Below are positions 19,433 to 29,276 of a stretch of 64,000 bases of DNA, piece after piece. Every line of letters begins with the position of its first letter. Position 1 is the stretch's first letter. Below the pieces are notes generated by a model. That model saw only the letters and a list, made by a program, of their open reading frames with translations, was not told where the DNA came from and ran no database searches. The stretch is taken from positions 28,473 to 92,472 of the forward strand of contig JACPNK010000005.1 in assembly GCA_016185525.1 (NCBI GenBank), written 5' to 3'. Origin of the DNA: Candidatus Yanofskybacteria bacterium. Lineage in GTDB: Bacteria; Patescibacteriota; Minisyncoccia; 2-02-FULL-40-12; IGHO2-12-FULL-4. The translations under genes and the position numbers were made by a program.

Positions 19433-22400
19433 TTAACTTTTTTGCTGTTCTGCCCATTCTCTTTTAGCCTTTTCAATTTCCAGAATCTGGCGCGGGTCGG
19501 AAGTGATAATTTGATCTTCGGTATAAGAAGCGACAACTCTGATGCCGACGTGGTTAGAGCCGGCAAAAAACAGTCCGTGTCCGACGCCGGCCTCCAGCAA
19601 AAAGAATTTTTCAGCGTCTGTCAGGTTGAAAGTCTCTTTGACGCCTTCAATGGAGGCGGCGGATTGTTTCATTAAAATTTGGATTGAGGAGTTGGTGACG
19701 ATAGCCTTGCCATAAGAGGAGTTCAAAAAGTCCGGCACGTCTTGGGAAATTGTCGTCAATCCCAGAAAGTATTTTCTGGCTCTTTTGGCTACGTTGAACA
19801 GAAAAGCTCCGCCAATTTCGTATTTAAGCAGCCACCAGGCTTCGTCCACAACGAGAGTTCTTTTTTTAAGAACAGTGCGGACTTTGGTCCATACGTAATT
19901 TAAGACAAGATACATGGCGATGGGTCTCAACTCTTCTTCCATATCTCTGATGCTGAAAAGCACCAGCCTGTTGTCTAAGGAGACATTTGTCGGTTTGTTC
20001 AAAAATCCGGAGAAAGTTCCTTCCGTATATTTTTTTATGCGGATGGCCATAGATTCGGCTCCGGCAAGCCCTTCAAGGATATTTTGAAAATCAGAGAGCA
20101 ATGGCACTTCGCCTTGGCCGTTATTATTTTCTGTGGTTATATCTTTCAGCGCATAGGTTTGAATTAACGCCTCGTCAAGAAGAGAATCTTCTTCCGGCGT
20201 AAGTTCTCCCATCATTAACTTAAACAAACCGGTTAAGTCTAAAATGTGTGTCCGGAAAACATCTTTGAAATCTTCCCCTTCAGTCGGCGACGGCAGGTCA
20301 AACGGATTTATATGGTTATCCGAAGCAATGGAGATGTTTATTGAAGAGCCGCCAACCGTATCAGCCAAGTACCGGTATTCATTTTCGGGATCTATTATAA
20401 AAACCTCTGTGCCCAGCATTAAACTTCTCAATATTTCCAGTTTTACGGTATAAGAGTTATGAACAAACACCCCCCCGGTGCCAGCTAGAAAAACTTCATT
20501 GTCCACAGTCAAATCGTAAACATATTTTTCTTTTCGATTTTTAATTTTCTCTACTTTTTTGATGGGATCCCAGAATAAATTACTATTGGCCAGCATCTCC
20601 AGTTTTTCAAGCAATTGCTCCAGTCGTGGGACATTATTTATTCTTTCCCGGTATTTTTGTGAAATGTATTTGCTTGAATCCCAGAGCATTTTATATGAAG
20701 TGTTCCCGGACGGCCCGCTGATAAGAGCGCTTTGTAATGACGGATTAAAGTGATTCATAACTAACCCCATTTCTTGAAAACCAGAGCGAAGCAATTTTTT
20801 AATTTCTGCCAAAGAATAATCAAAACCGGCACCCATTGTTTTTAAGGCTTTTAATACATTAACTGTTCTGGGCGCTACTCCACCATTTTTCATTGTATGC
20901 CAGCTTTGTCCTAGAACCTGCCATAATTTGCAGTTTAAGTCCTTATTCTGTGCACCTTTCTCTATGATTGATTCTAAACTAGGAAGGTTAAGGTTAAAAC
21001 GGGAACTTTGATTTCTAAATTTATCTATAATTTTTCTAATTTCACTGATAACTACACTCAACTGTGCTGGTGATGGATCATAAATCTCTCTTTTTAGTGG
21101 AGATAGTTTTTGAAACCTTCTAGAATGAGCAGGTAATAGCCGGTCAATTTCTTTAAATATCTCACTAAGGCCAGGTATTATATCTACATTAGTATTTCTG
21201 TCTCGGCTAATTTGTTGAAGCAACAAGTTTCTTTTTCGTTTAGAAACGAAATTGATGTTGTCGGCGAATCTCTTCAAATTTTCCTGGCCGGAAATTGTCA
21301 GCTGCCAATAAAGTTTTTTTCTTATCCAACCGGAAGCCTTTTTCTTAATGGGTCTTATGCGGGCAACAATACCGAAGTAGTATAGCAAATAAGATAATTC
21401 AGAAATGAGCTGTTTAGATTTTGAACTGGCGCTGATTGAAGCACTTTCTACTCCGCCATCACCTTCAAAGTATGCACGCAAATAAGCGGCAATTACCGAT
21501 TTTTCTGCACCGAAAACAAAAGGCGCAATAGTTTTAGTGCCAGCTTTTTGCTTGCCCCCTATAGATTTAATGAGTTCAACAAAAGGCTTGTCGGCAGTGT
21601 TGATGCCACGATTGCCGAAGAAGTAAGGAATGCCTAATTGTCGGAAAGATTTAGCGCTATCATCTAATACTGTTGGGTCTAAGTTAGAAATCATCACCAC
21701 ATTTTCAGTAATTGTTCCTTCAGCAGCAATGTAACCGAGAATTTTCAGAAACGGCTCGTTAATAGGCCACTGCATTGGTAAATGACTGCGTTGATTTCTA
21801 GAAACAATCTTTAATTTGCTAAGAATAGGATCATTTAAAGAAATTCTAAATTTGGCCAGAATTTTGTACAAGTAATTTAGCGGAATAGGACGTCCGGCGC
21901 AGTATTTGTACAAGTAGCGATCTCTGTCATCTAGTTTTGTCTTTTTTAAAACACTTCTCCATGTTTGCAATAAAGGTCCGGCTCCAGCAACATAAATTTT
22001 ATTTGATTTTTTCAGCGCTTCCAGTAGATTCAAAAATTTTCGGGGCTGTTCGGATGGTTTGATGTGGCGAGGTAAAGGCAACCACTCACCTGCTTTAGTT
22101 TCAGAACCTTTTGATACTGCTATCTGTCCGTTTTTAAGTGTGACCAAATTATGGTCGCCGGTGGTAGTAATTGTTCGGCCGGAGCCAGTAGTAAATCGGT
22201 AGAAATAATCAGTGGCTACTTTTCTGGCCGCTACTGTTACCTTAGACCATGAACCTTTTAAATTCTTGTCAAAACTCCAAACTTCCAGATTGGGATCAAT
22301 AACCCCTTCTAACTCTTCGTCAATTTGCACAGCTCCATGTTTGGCAATTTCTTTTTCTATTAGTGGACCGATGGCAGACAGTTTTACTTGACCGTTGCGT

Positions 22401-23179
22401 CTAATTAAAACCGGCTCAGAGCCTTTTACCGACTTTCCGCCGCCGGATTTTCCGAAAACGACCGAGTTGTAATTTTCCAAAGAAAATCTGTCAAAAAGAA
22501 TCAAAGAGTTGTTGTGGGTGTTGATGCCGTACAAAAGGCCGCTATCTGAAGTCAGGTCGTAAGAAACAAATGGAAACACCGAAGAAATGGGTTGAGTATT
22601 CAAAGAACTGTGAGCATTCAAGAGATCGTTGTCTAAAGGCAGGGTTGAAAGGAAACCCTCTTTCATTCTGAAGGTTGCCGGTTTAAGGTAAATCAGTTGC
22701 GCTTCAAAAATGCCCCTGATCTTGGCCTCGGTTTCATCTAACTCTTTTTCATTTTGGCCGTAGATTGTGATATAAACTCCAAATTCAAAAAATCTGTCTG
22801 TGCCTTGCTGTATCGTGTCTCTCAAGTCCTCAATATCCGAAATGGCCGTGTCAAGAATGGGGTTGCGGACCTTGCCTTGATTGGCCTCTTCTATCGCCTG
22901 TGCCTGCAGACGGGCAAGTTTATCTCTTAGTTTTTTTAGGATACTGCCGGAGTCGGTTGGGTGAAAAAAGATTGAAACATCCAAAACACGATCCAGGTTT
23001 ATCACAGGCGAGAACCACTGGGTGTTCAGGTATCTCGGCAGAGTTGACAAAAATAAAGTCCGGGCAAACCTATCGCCTACCTGGATGTTGCTGCTGGAGA
23101 TATTAACGGCGCTTGGAGCCAGCTGGTCGTCCAAAAACTCTTCCGTTTTGGTTTCTATTTTTTTATTAAATATTGGCAT
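19433..23179 (-). CDS. VirB4/TraC-like conjugation-type ATPase, intein-containing
   Basis: YGINTHNNSLILFDRF, Walker A GKSGGGK|S, IIDPENEY, VVDEAW, KRARKY...ISQD; spliced length 589 aa. Confidence 0.88.
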   Translation of the reverse strand: MPIFNKKIETKTEEFLDDQLAPSAVNISSSNIQVGDRFARTLFLSTLPRYLNTQWFSPVINLDRVLDVSIFFHPTDSGSILKKLRDKLARLQAQAIEEANQGKVRNPILDTAISDIEDLRDTIQQGTDRFFEFGVYITIYGQNEKELDETEAKIRGIFEAQLIYLKPATFRMKEGFLSTLPLDNDLLNAHSSLNTQPISSVFPFVSYDLTSDSGLLYGINTHNNSLILFDRFSLENYNSVVFGKSGGGKSVKGSEPVLIRRNGQVKLSAIGPLIEKEIAKHGAVQIDEELEGVIDPNLEVWSFDKNLKGSWSKVTVAARKVATDYFYRFTTGSGRTITTTGDHNLVTLKNGQIAVSKGSETKAGEWLPLPRHIKPSEQPRKFLNLLEALKKSNKIYVAGAGPLLQTWRSVLKKTKLDDRDRYLYKYCAGRPIPLNYLYKILAKFRISLNDPILSKLKIVSRNQRSHLPMQWPINEPFLKILGYIAAEGTITENVVMISNLDPTVLDDSAKSFRQLGIPYFFGNRGINTADKPFVELIKSIGGKQKAGTKTIAPFVFGAEKSVIAAYLRAYFEGDGGVESASISASSKSKQLISELSYLLYYFGIVARIRPIKKKASGWIRKKLYWQLTISGQENLKRFADNINFVSKRKRNLLLQQISRDRNTNVDIIPGLSEIFKEIDRLLPAHSRRFQKLSPLKREIYDPSPAQLSVVISEIRKIIDKFRNQSSRFNLNLPSLESIIEKGAQNKDLNCKLWQVLGQSWHTMKNGGVAPRTVNVLKALKTMGAGFDYSLAEIKKLLRSGFQEMGLVMNHFNPSLQSALISGPSGNTSYKMLWDSSKYISQKYRERINNVPRLEQLLEKLEMLANSNLFWDPIKKVEKIKNRKEKYVYDLTVDNEVFLAGTGGVFVHNSYTVKLEILRSLMLGTEVFIIDPENEYRYLADTVGGSSINISIASDNHINPFDLPSPTEGEDFKDVFRTHILDLTGLFKLMMGELTPEEDSLLDEALIQTYALKDITTENNNGQGEVPLLSDFQNILEGLAGAESMAIRIKKYTEGTFSGFLNKPTNVSLDNRLVLFSIRDMEEELRPIAMYLVLNYVWTKVRTVLKKRTLVVDEAWWLLKYEIGGAFLFNVAKRARKYFLGLTTISQDVPDFLNSSYGKAIVTNSSIQILMKQSAASIEGVKETFNLTDAEKFFLLEAGVGHGLFFAGSNHVGIRVVASYTEDQIITSDPRQILEIEKAKREWAEQQKS
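20456..22432 (-). mobile_element. Intein (659 aa) with LAGLIDADG homing endonuclease in the VirB4 P-loop
   Basis: Starts SVKGSEPV after GGGK; block B TTGDHNL; LAGLIDADG-like GYIAAEG and RAYFEGDG; ends VYDLTV...VFVHN followed by Ser. Confidence 0.92.
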
Positions 23180-23789
23180 TGTAAAGTCTATAAAACATAC
23201 TAACCAGCTCTTCTCTTTCCAAAGTTACGGAGTTCAGGCCCATTCCACGCAGACCCTCTTTTATTATTTCAGCCCGCTGTTCTATCTGGCTTTTATACAA
23301 GTTGAAATCTTGCTCTTCAAGACTCTTTATTTTTTGAGCGGCTGAACCGAAGGCGCTTTTGATGTTCTCCAGAAAACTCTTTTTTGAAGCGGCTTCGGTT
23401 ATATATAATGGCACTACGACATAAAAATTTTTAGACATAATGTTGGCAAGTTCAGTCAGGCCTTTGATAAATCTTATATACTCAATCCCCTGAATTTTCA
23501 AAAGCTCGTTGTCCAGCTGGTCAACGAGGACTTGGGTTTTGGCCAAGTAGTTTTTAATATCAAGCTGGCGGGAGTGTACGGCAATTTGCAAAGGGAAATC
23601 AAGCGAGTTTAAAAAATTTTGAAACGCTTTGACGATTGCAATCTGTTCATCGTTTGATTTCAAATCAAAATTGACGGAGTCAACTTTCAAAATCAGGCGC
23701 ATTGAGCCGTTTTTAAGTATTACCACGCCGTCTTTAATATCGTGGATGTCAACAAACTGTTTTGTGTTTAGGTTTTTATTTTGGGGCAT
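23166..23789 (-). CDS. T4SS-associated protein (TraC N-terminal-like partner of VirB4)
   Basis: DIKDGVVILKNG...SVNFDLKS.DEQ...FLNSLDFPLQI; between PrgI-like and VirB4-like genes. Confidence 0.65.
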   Translation of the reverse strand: MPQNKNLNTKQFVDIHDIKDGVVILKNGSMRLILKVDSVNFDLKSNDEQIAIVKAFQNFLNSLDFPLQIAVHSRQLDIKNYLAKTQVLVDQLDNELLKIQGIEYIRFIKGLTELANIMSKNFYVVVPLYITEAASKKSFLENIKSAFGSAAQKIKSLEEQDFNLYKSQIEQRAEIIKEGLRGMGLNSVTLEREELVSMFYRLYNANI

Positions 23790-24081
23790 GGTTTGTTTCT
23801 TCTTGGCCGGGCTTGTAGATGTATCTTTTGGGGTTAAAAGTAAAACTTATAGCATTGGCTAAGTAAACATACAGAGGAATTTCCGAAACTTTTATCAGCG
23901 CAAGACTCAAGGTGACTGCTATTACCGGTATTGCCAAAACTACAAACCAGCCCGGAGGAACAAGAAAAAATATCAGGAATAACAGCATTCCGCCGATGGT
24001 GATGAAAATAAACTGCTTAATAGTAAAAGGCCCGATTATCTTTTCTTCCGTTTCTATAAATTGTGGAACTTGAAATCTCAT
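23776..24081 (-). CDS. PrgI family (VirB3-like) membrane protein
   Basis: MRFQVPQFIETEEKIIGPFTIKQF followed by 2 TM helices. Confidence 0.8.
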   Translation of the reverse strand: MRFQVPQFIETEEKIIGPFTIKQFIFITIGGMLLFLIFFLVPPGWFVVLAIPVIAVTLSLALIKVSEIPLYVYLANAISFTFNPKRYIYKPGQEETNHAPK

Positions 24082-24578
24082 TTATTTCTTAAATCAACGG
24101 TATTGTTTGGATTATTTATACCACCTGTCGCCGGGGCGGAGGATGGAGCTGTTTCTGTTTTCTTTCCAAACTTCTCAATGTGGAGTTTTTTGATGTCTTC
24201 AAGAGCGGGAGTGAAAAGACGGATTAGCTCATTCGCAATTTGTTTTGCTGATTCAGTAGTGATGTCAAGTTTTTCTGCAATTATTTTTACCATGTCGCCA
24301 AGATAAACTTTTGCAAGCAACAAGTCGCGGACAACTCGAGTAATTTCTCGTTTTTGCGGAACAGGGAGGTTAAACTTTGGACCTAGCTCTTCTTCAATAA
24401 ATTCGGCGGTCTCAAAGTCCAACAGAATTTTCTGAATGTTTTTAGTGGGTTCAAGCGTGCTTAAAATATATTTTTCCATTGATCTCTGGTCTGTAAAACT
24501 TTTTATGTCAATTTCGTAAGGTGTGTTGTACTCTCCTTCTTTTGAGAATTGTTGTTGAGTTGTAATGTCAATATCCAT
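24078..24578 (-). CDS. Hypothetical protein
   Basis: 166 aa ORF overlapping the PrgI-like start by 4 nt. Confidence 0.65.
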   Translation of the reverse strand: MDIDITTQQQFSKEGEYNTPYEIDIKSFTDQRSMEKYILSTLEPTKNIQKILLDFETAEFIEEELGPKFNLPVPQKREITRVVRDLLLAKVYLGDMVKIIAEKLDITTESAKQIANELIRLFTPALEDIKKLHIEKFGKKTETAPSSAPATGGINNPNNTVDLRNK

Positions 24579-24595
24579 AAACTGTAAATTAAGGA

Positions 24596-26671
24596 TTAAG
24601 GAATTATTAATTCTTTTGCCGCCGCATCGGCGGTTGAATTATTGTCTCTTACTGCTTGGCGTAGCCTGTTTTTAAAAGTATTTCTAGCTTTGGCAGAAGT
24701 GAAACCCACAAGCTTGTTGTCCAAAGCGGTTTTGAAATCGGGGTCTGACCAGACAGTCATGGGCATTTTAGAAATCTCCACGGGGTTAGTTAAGGATTTT
24801 TCTATATATTGGTCTCGCCTCATAGGCGCAACTCCTGGTCTAGGCGGCAAGGTCATTTTGAAAGAAGCTACCAGATCAGGACGCACTTTATTAATGGCCT
24901 TTATGTAGTTCGCTCCATCTATAGTCTCGTTTCCTCCAAACAGCTCTAATCCGTTTTCAAAAGCCACATTATCAAATTCAGCGTCAGACAAAGCTTTTTC
25001 GTCGCCTTGTATAAATTTATACCATTCTTTTCTGGAAGAAATGGCGGACGGAGTTTTATATTTTAAGTAAGTTGGTCCTTCAGCTTTTGCCATTTGCACC
25101 AGCTGGCTCGTTGGAACTTTCTTGTAGCCACCTTTGGCGGCTCTTGCTGACATAGACTGCGCTACAAAAGCGTTTCTTTCTGTCCAGTCGGTCATGTCTT
25201 TGTCAAACTCTGCGGCGTCAATCAACCCTCTTTCATAAAGGAGCCCTCTTGCGGCCATGCCTTTTATACTGTTTCGGTCTTCTTTAAGGGTATTTGCTTG
25301 AAAAGTGTTGTCTACTGTGAGTTCTCCAGCAAGCTCTAGGTTCTTTAAGCGAGCTACCTCTGCATCTATCTCACCCACCTGCTGTTGCTGAAGTTTGGTT
25401 TCTGGGGTGTAGCCCAACTTTCTTGCCAACTTTTGTTCCCAAGCGGCAGTTTCTTTTTGGGCGCCTCTGGTGCCAGTATATAACTTACCGAGCAATCCAT
25501 ATTGTTCTGGTAAGCCTTCTTGTTTAACTCTTTTAAAAAGTTCTTGTGCGCCCGTAACACCAGTTTTTCTTTTTGCCCAGTTGTTTATGGTCCCGCTGAT
25601 ATTGCCGAAAACTTTGGTGGCGCCACTGCCGGCGGCAAAGCTAGCTTTCAAGGAAGCGGCGAGGCCGCCGATTAAAATGATGACAGTCAGGATCCAATAG
25701 AAAAGATCCTGAAAAGCAAAGCCAAAAAAGTTAGCTGCTCTAGTCGGCAATCCAACTGGACCGCTGCTTTGCTCCGCTAAAACAGCAGCGGCGCTTAAGT
25801 CAGGCCTGCCCTTGAGAATTACAATGCCCATCATAAGGGCGAATAAGTAAGTTGGCAGGAAAAAAGTCCAGCCGATAAACCAGTTCCACCATTTACTCCA
25901 AATCTGTCTTGTGCTGGGTAAAATATAAGAAATCCAGGCGATGGGCGAGACTATAAGTAAAGCCCACAAAACCGGCACTCTTACCATTGAAAATATCAGA
26001 GCCGCAAGCATTGCCAGCAAAGTGATAACGGCCACAATCAACATGCCACCAAGTGAAATTATGGCGCCTAAGGCTAAAGCTTCCGGGTCGCCTGAAGATT
26101 TTTCCAGGACAGCTTTTACGCTGCTGGTGCCTCCGCTTAGAGCGGCGCCTAATTTAGTGATTCCGAAACCGCCTGCCAAATCGATGGTGATGTCGCCAAA
26201 CTGTTTGAGCACCAGATTGGATAAGTTATTGGAAACGTCTATCAGAAATCCGCCTATCGCCAAACTAAAATTTATCAAAAGAGCGGCCACAATAAATTTG
26301 GCCATCAGGCCCTTCCAGTTGTAATTCTGGATGTCAAAAATAGTCGCAAAAGCAATGATGATTAAAATCAGGATAAAAAACATATTGGCGAAGTTGCGAA
26401 AAACTTCCCAAGAAGTTTTGACAATGGCGACTTCTTCAAAAAACCCTCCCTGAAATTTGAGGAACCAAGATAAGGCGTAAGCTGTCCAGGCTAGAGCTGT
26501 GCCTATGAATCCCATAACTAACCCCTGGAAGAACAAAATTATTTTTGAGAGAACTGTATTGACCATATCAATTCCCAAAAAAGCATGGGCTTTAGGCGCT
26601 GAAAAAACAAAAACAGCCAGGATAAAAATTGGTAGTATAAATTTTATTTTTTTGTAGATCGTTTTGCTCAT
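24596..26671 (-). CDS. VirB6/TrbL-like polytopic membrane protein
   Basis: Signal peptide (AHA), WEVFRNFANMFFI, ALLINFS, R...L..SPIAWI..LP, long cytoplasmic tail. Confidence 0.72.
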   Translation of the reverse strand: MSKTIYKKIKFILPIFILAVFVFSAPKAHAFLGIDMVNTVLSKIILFFQGLVMGFIGTALAWTAYALSWFLKFQGGFFEEVAIVKTSWEVFRNFANMFFILILIIIAFATIFDIQNYNWKGLMAKFIVAALLINFSLAIGGFLIDVSNNLSNLVLKQFGDITIDLAGGFGITKLGAALSGGTSSVKAVLEKSSGDPEALALGAIISLGGMLIVAVITLLAMLAALIFSMVRVPVLWALLIVSPIAWISYILPSTRQIWSKWWNWFIGWTFFLPTYLFALMMGIVILKGRPDLSAAAVLAEQSSGPVGLPTRAANFFGFAFQDLFYWILTVIILIGGLAASLKASFAAGSGATKVFGNISGTINNWAKRKTGVTGAQELFKRVKQEGLPEQYGLLGKLYTGTRGAQKETAAWEQKLARKLGYTPETKLQQQQVGEIDAEVARLKNLELAGELTVDNTFQANTLKEDRNSIKGMAARGLLYERGLIDAAEFDKDMTDWTERNAFVAQSMSARAAKGGYKKVPTSQLVQMAKAEGPTYLKYKTPSAISSRKEWYKFIQGDEKALSDAEFDNVAFENGLELFGGNETIDGANYIKAINKVRPDLVASFKMTLPPRPGVAPMRRDQYIEKSLTNPVEISKMPMTVWSDPDFKTALDNKLVGFTSAKARNTFKNRLRQAVRDNNSTADAAAKELIIP

Positions 26672-26679
26672 TGCTCAAG

Positions 26680-27918
26680 TTATTGATCTATGGTGGGGAT
26701 AGCGCATTGCTGTTCGCATTCAACTCGTTTATTATTTTCACAAATCTGTTTTTCTGCGGGAGTTGAAAGCGGATTACTGCAACTGGCTGATGCGTTTATG
26801 GCGCAGAAAGAATAGCAGTCATTTTGCGCCCCGCCAGTGTATTGCCCAGTTTGACTAGCGCCTTTGTCTTCGGAACCGGGGCTGACTGACGTGAAACCGG
26901 TTTTGTCCAAAGCAAAATTCGCTAGCTTGTTAATAGCGGCGCTGACTATAGCCATAATTACTTCCGAAAGCTCATCTGAAGTGACCAGCCACTTGGAGTT
27001 GTTATCAAACCATTGTGCCGCGCTTTCACCCAATATTTTTGCCGGGGTTAAAGTTTTACCAAGGAAGTTGCATTGAGCGCCGGCTCCAACGCTAGTTTGA
27101 CCTTGGCATTGGTTCAAACAAGTTTTGTCAGCGTCGCTGACGCATAAATTTTTTCGATTTAAATCAGGAATAATGTTACAGGCTCTTAGCAACGGGTCGT
27201 AACAGTTGTTGTAGCAGACAGTGCTTCTGACATTGGGAGTTCCTCGGCACGAACCTTGCGCTCCGGTAAAACCGCCGCCTCCGACAATTTCGCTTTGTCT
27301 AGCATTTTCTTGGGAGCTTCTTTGTTTATTTAATTCTTCCAAACTTATTGCCAAAGCTCCGGCTAAATTATTTTGCGGTTCCACCAAACGTGACCATGTC
27401 TCCCAGCCGCCGCCTTTTTCAAAACTTTTTTTAAAGTCAGCCCTGACCTTTTCTGGAATAGTGCATTTAATTTTAGTTTGAAATGGTGTCAGAGTGTCTT
27501 GTTTTAGTTCGTCATTAAAATCCGTCTGACCGATATCGACGTACGGAACACTGCTTGTTTGAAAGGCCAGGGCCAACGGCCCTCGTAAGTCGTCGCACAA
27601 AATACCCTTTTGTATAGAATAGTTTAACTGGGTGCGGAATTGATTTTCTCCTATTCTTTGGGCGTCAGCTAGAAACTTTTTCCAATTTTGCACGAAACTG
27701 GGCGCTTGTTGTCCTTTTTCAAGACCCAGGTTGTTTATGGAATTAACAACTCCGTTGCTTAGGTTTGTGAGCAGTCTTCTTGCCAAGGCCCTTGCTATCA
27801 AGTCAAGGCCGAATTCTTTAGTGATGTAAGCGATAGCGGCTGCTCCTTGACTGGCATAAAAAGGCACGCTAAAACCAAGCGCAAATATTAAAACAAGGAT
27901 AGTTATTTTTTTCCTCAT
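26680..27918 (-). CDS. Secreted cysteine-rich hypothetical protein of the T4SS-like cluster
   Basis: Signal peptide; GGGWETW...PQNN; TPAKI...DELSE; two Cys-rich segments. Confidence 0.7.
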   Translation of the reverse strand: MRKKITILVLIFALGFSVPFYASQGAAAIAYITKEFGLDLIARALARRLLTNLSNGVVNSINNLGLEKGQQAPSFVQNWKKFLADAQRIGENQFRTQLNYSIQKGILCDDLRGPLALAFQTSSVPYVDIGQTDFNDELKQDTLTPFQTKIKCTIPEKVRADFKKSFEKGGGWETWSRLVEPQNNLAGALAISLEELNKQRSSQENARQSEIVGGGGFTGAQGSCRGTPNVRSTVCYNNCYDPLLRACNIIPDLNRKNLCVSDADKTCLNQCQGQTSVGAGAQCNFLGKTLTPAKILGESAAQWFDNNSKWLVTSDELSEVIMAIVSAAINKLANFALDKTGFTSVSPGSEDKGASQTGQYTGGAQNDCYSFCAINASASCSNPLSTPAEKQICENNKRVECEQQCAIPTIDQ

Positions 27919-28904
27919 TTAGTCAATAAAATAGAAATGTCAAAAAAATCGCTGTCCGGCGGAGTGAGATTATTCGCTTTTATTTTAGCGTTAATTTCAA
28001 GCAGTATCGGCTGGGCCTCAAGGTAAACGGTTTGTAGGTTGCCCAAAACGACCATCTGCTTTAGGGGGTCGTCGGTGGAAAGCGCTATGGAGCGGTAGTA
28101 TAGCTCCAGTTTTTTTAAAAGGGTCAATATCTTTTTATGAATACCGAGCCACTCTCTAGAAACCGAAGAATTATTTATTTCGTCATATGCTTGTTGAAAT
28201 TTGACAGAGTGTTCTAGAAATTTGCTCTTAATTCTCTCTTTTTGCTGGTCGTCATAGATTTCTTCGCTATCGGCCGTTTGGTCGGGAGAAAAAAGCAAAA
28301 CAAGTTCTTTGGGTTGACCTAAAAGAATCTCGGTTATATCTTCTGATATAGCCCGAAAAGCAATATTTAAATAATTTTCCTGTGCCTCTTTTGTGTTTTC
28401 AACTAAGTTTTTGACCTCATCGCCGACATTTACATCTTCCAAAGCTGAAAGAATTGAATAAACAGTGGCGCTAGCCGTTGAATCTACGGATTGAGCGTAA
28501 GTCTGCGAGTTATTGCTTTTTTTCAAATCTCCGCTCAAAACACCTCCAGCAACCAAAGAAGCCAGTCTTTCAGTAGAGTTCATGGAAAGAAACCTTCTTG
28601 TTTTGGCAAGGGAATCGTTATCGGCTTGTGTGGGATTGTGGTCGGAAAAAGCTTCTTCGCCGTCTAAGTAGCCGTCGCCATCTGTATCCGGATTGTATGG
28701 ATCGCTACCCCAAACCGCTTCTTCTGCGTTTTTTAGGCCATCGTGGTCAAAGTCGTCGCTGTCCTGGTAGTCAACTTTTATGCTTTCTGAAACTACCGCA
28801 GTCGCAGGACTGAAAGTTTTGTTTATAAGTATGCCAACTCTGGCCACCACCAAACCGGCGGCTCCAAAAAGTATTACCATCAGGACTTTAATTGATTTGG
28901 TCAT
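27915..28904 (-). CDS. Membrane-anchored protein with DxDxDG (TSP3-like) Ca-binding repeats
   Basis: DFDHDGLKNAEE...PDTDGDGYLDGEE. Confidence 0.75.
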   Translation of the reverse strand: MTKSIKVLMVILFGAAGLVVARVGILINKTFSPATAVVSESIKVDYQDSDDFDHDGLKNAEEAVWGSDPYNPDTDGDGYLDGEEAFSDHNPTQADNDSLAKTRRFLSMNSTERLASLVAGGVLSGDLKKSNNSQTYAQSVDSTASATVYSILSALEDVNVGDEVKNLVENTKEAQENYLNIAFRAISEDITEILLGQPKELVLLFSPDQTADSEEIYDDQQKERIKSKFLEHSVKFQQAYDEINNSSVSREWLGIHKKILTLLKKLELYYRSIALSTDDPLKQMVVLGNLQTVYLEAQPILLEINAKIKANNLTPPDSDFFDISILLTK

Positions 28905-28906
28905 AG

Positions 28907-28941
28907 TAGGTTCTAGGTTTCAGGTTCTAGCTTCTAGTTTA
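28907..28941 (+). repeat. Heptamer tandem repeat (TAGGTTC)n, left flank of the four-helix-bundle gene
   Basis: TAGGTTC TAGGTTT CAGGTTC TAGCTTC TAGTTTA. Confidence 0.85.
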
Positions 28942-29276
28942 GAAATTATAACATTTAACATTTTTTGGACTTCTTCTAGTAAAGATGATGATTGTTCAAA
29001 ATCAATTTTTGGATACAGGTCTTTTGATATGATTAGTTGAGTTTCTAGTTCGGCGGCAGAAGAATAAGATATTCTTAAGAATTGCAAGTATTCCTTTAAA
29101 TTTTTGCGTTGTTGACCTTCGGCTATGTTAGAAGGAATTGATACTGCCGCTCTTCTCATTTGAGAGGATAGACCATAAATCTCGTTGAAAGGAAATTTTG
29201 CAGTGTTTTTATATATTTCTTTGACTAGTTCTATTCCTTTTTGCCAAACTATCAGTTCTTTAAATGATTTTATCAT
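28920..29276 (-). CDS. Four helix bundle protein (23S rRNA IVP family)
   Basis: SFKELIVWQK, EIYGLSSQMRRAAVSIPSNIAEG, ELETQL. Confidence 0.92.
   Translation of the reverse strand: MIKSFKELIVWQKGIELVKEIYKNTAKFPFNEIYGLSSQMRRAAVSIPSNIAEGQQRKNLKEYLQFLRISYSSAAELETQLIISKDLYPKIDFEQSSSLLEEVQKMLNVIISKLEART

Noticed and set aside
28920-29276. Avd of a diversity-generating retroelement
   Set aside because: Same fold family, but no reverse transcriptase or TR/VR pair differing at adenines was seen in the window
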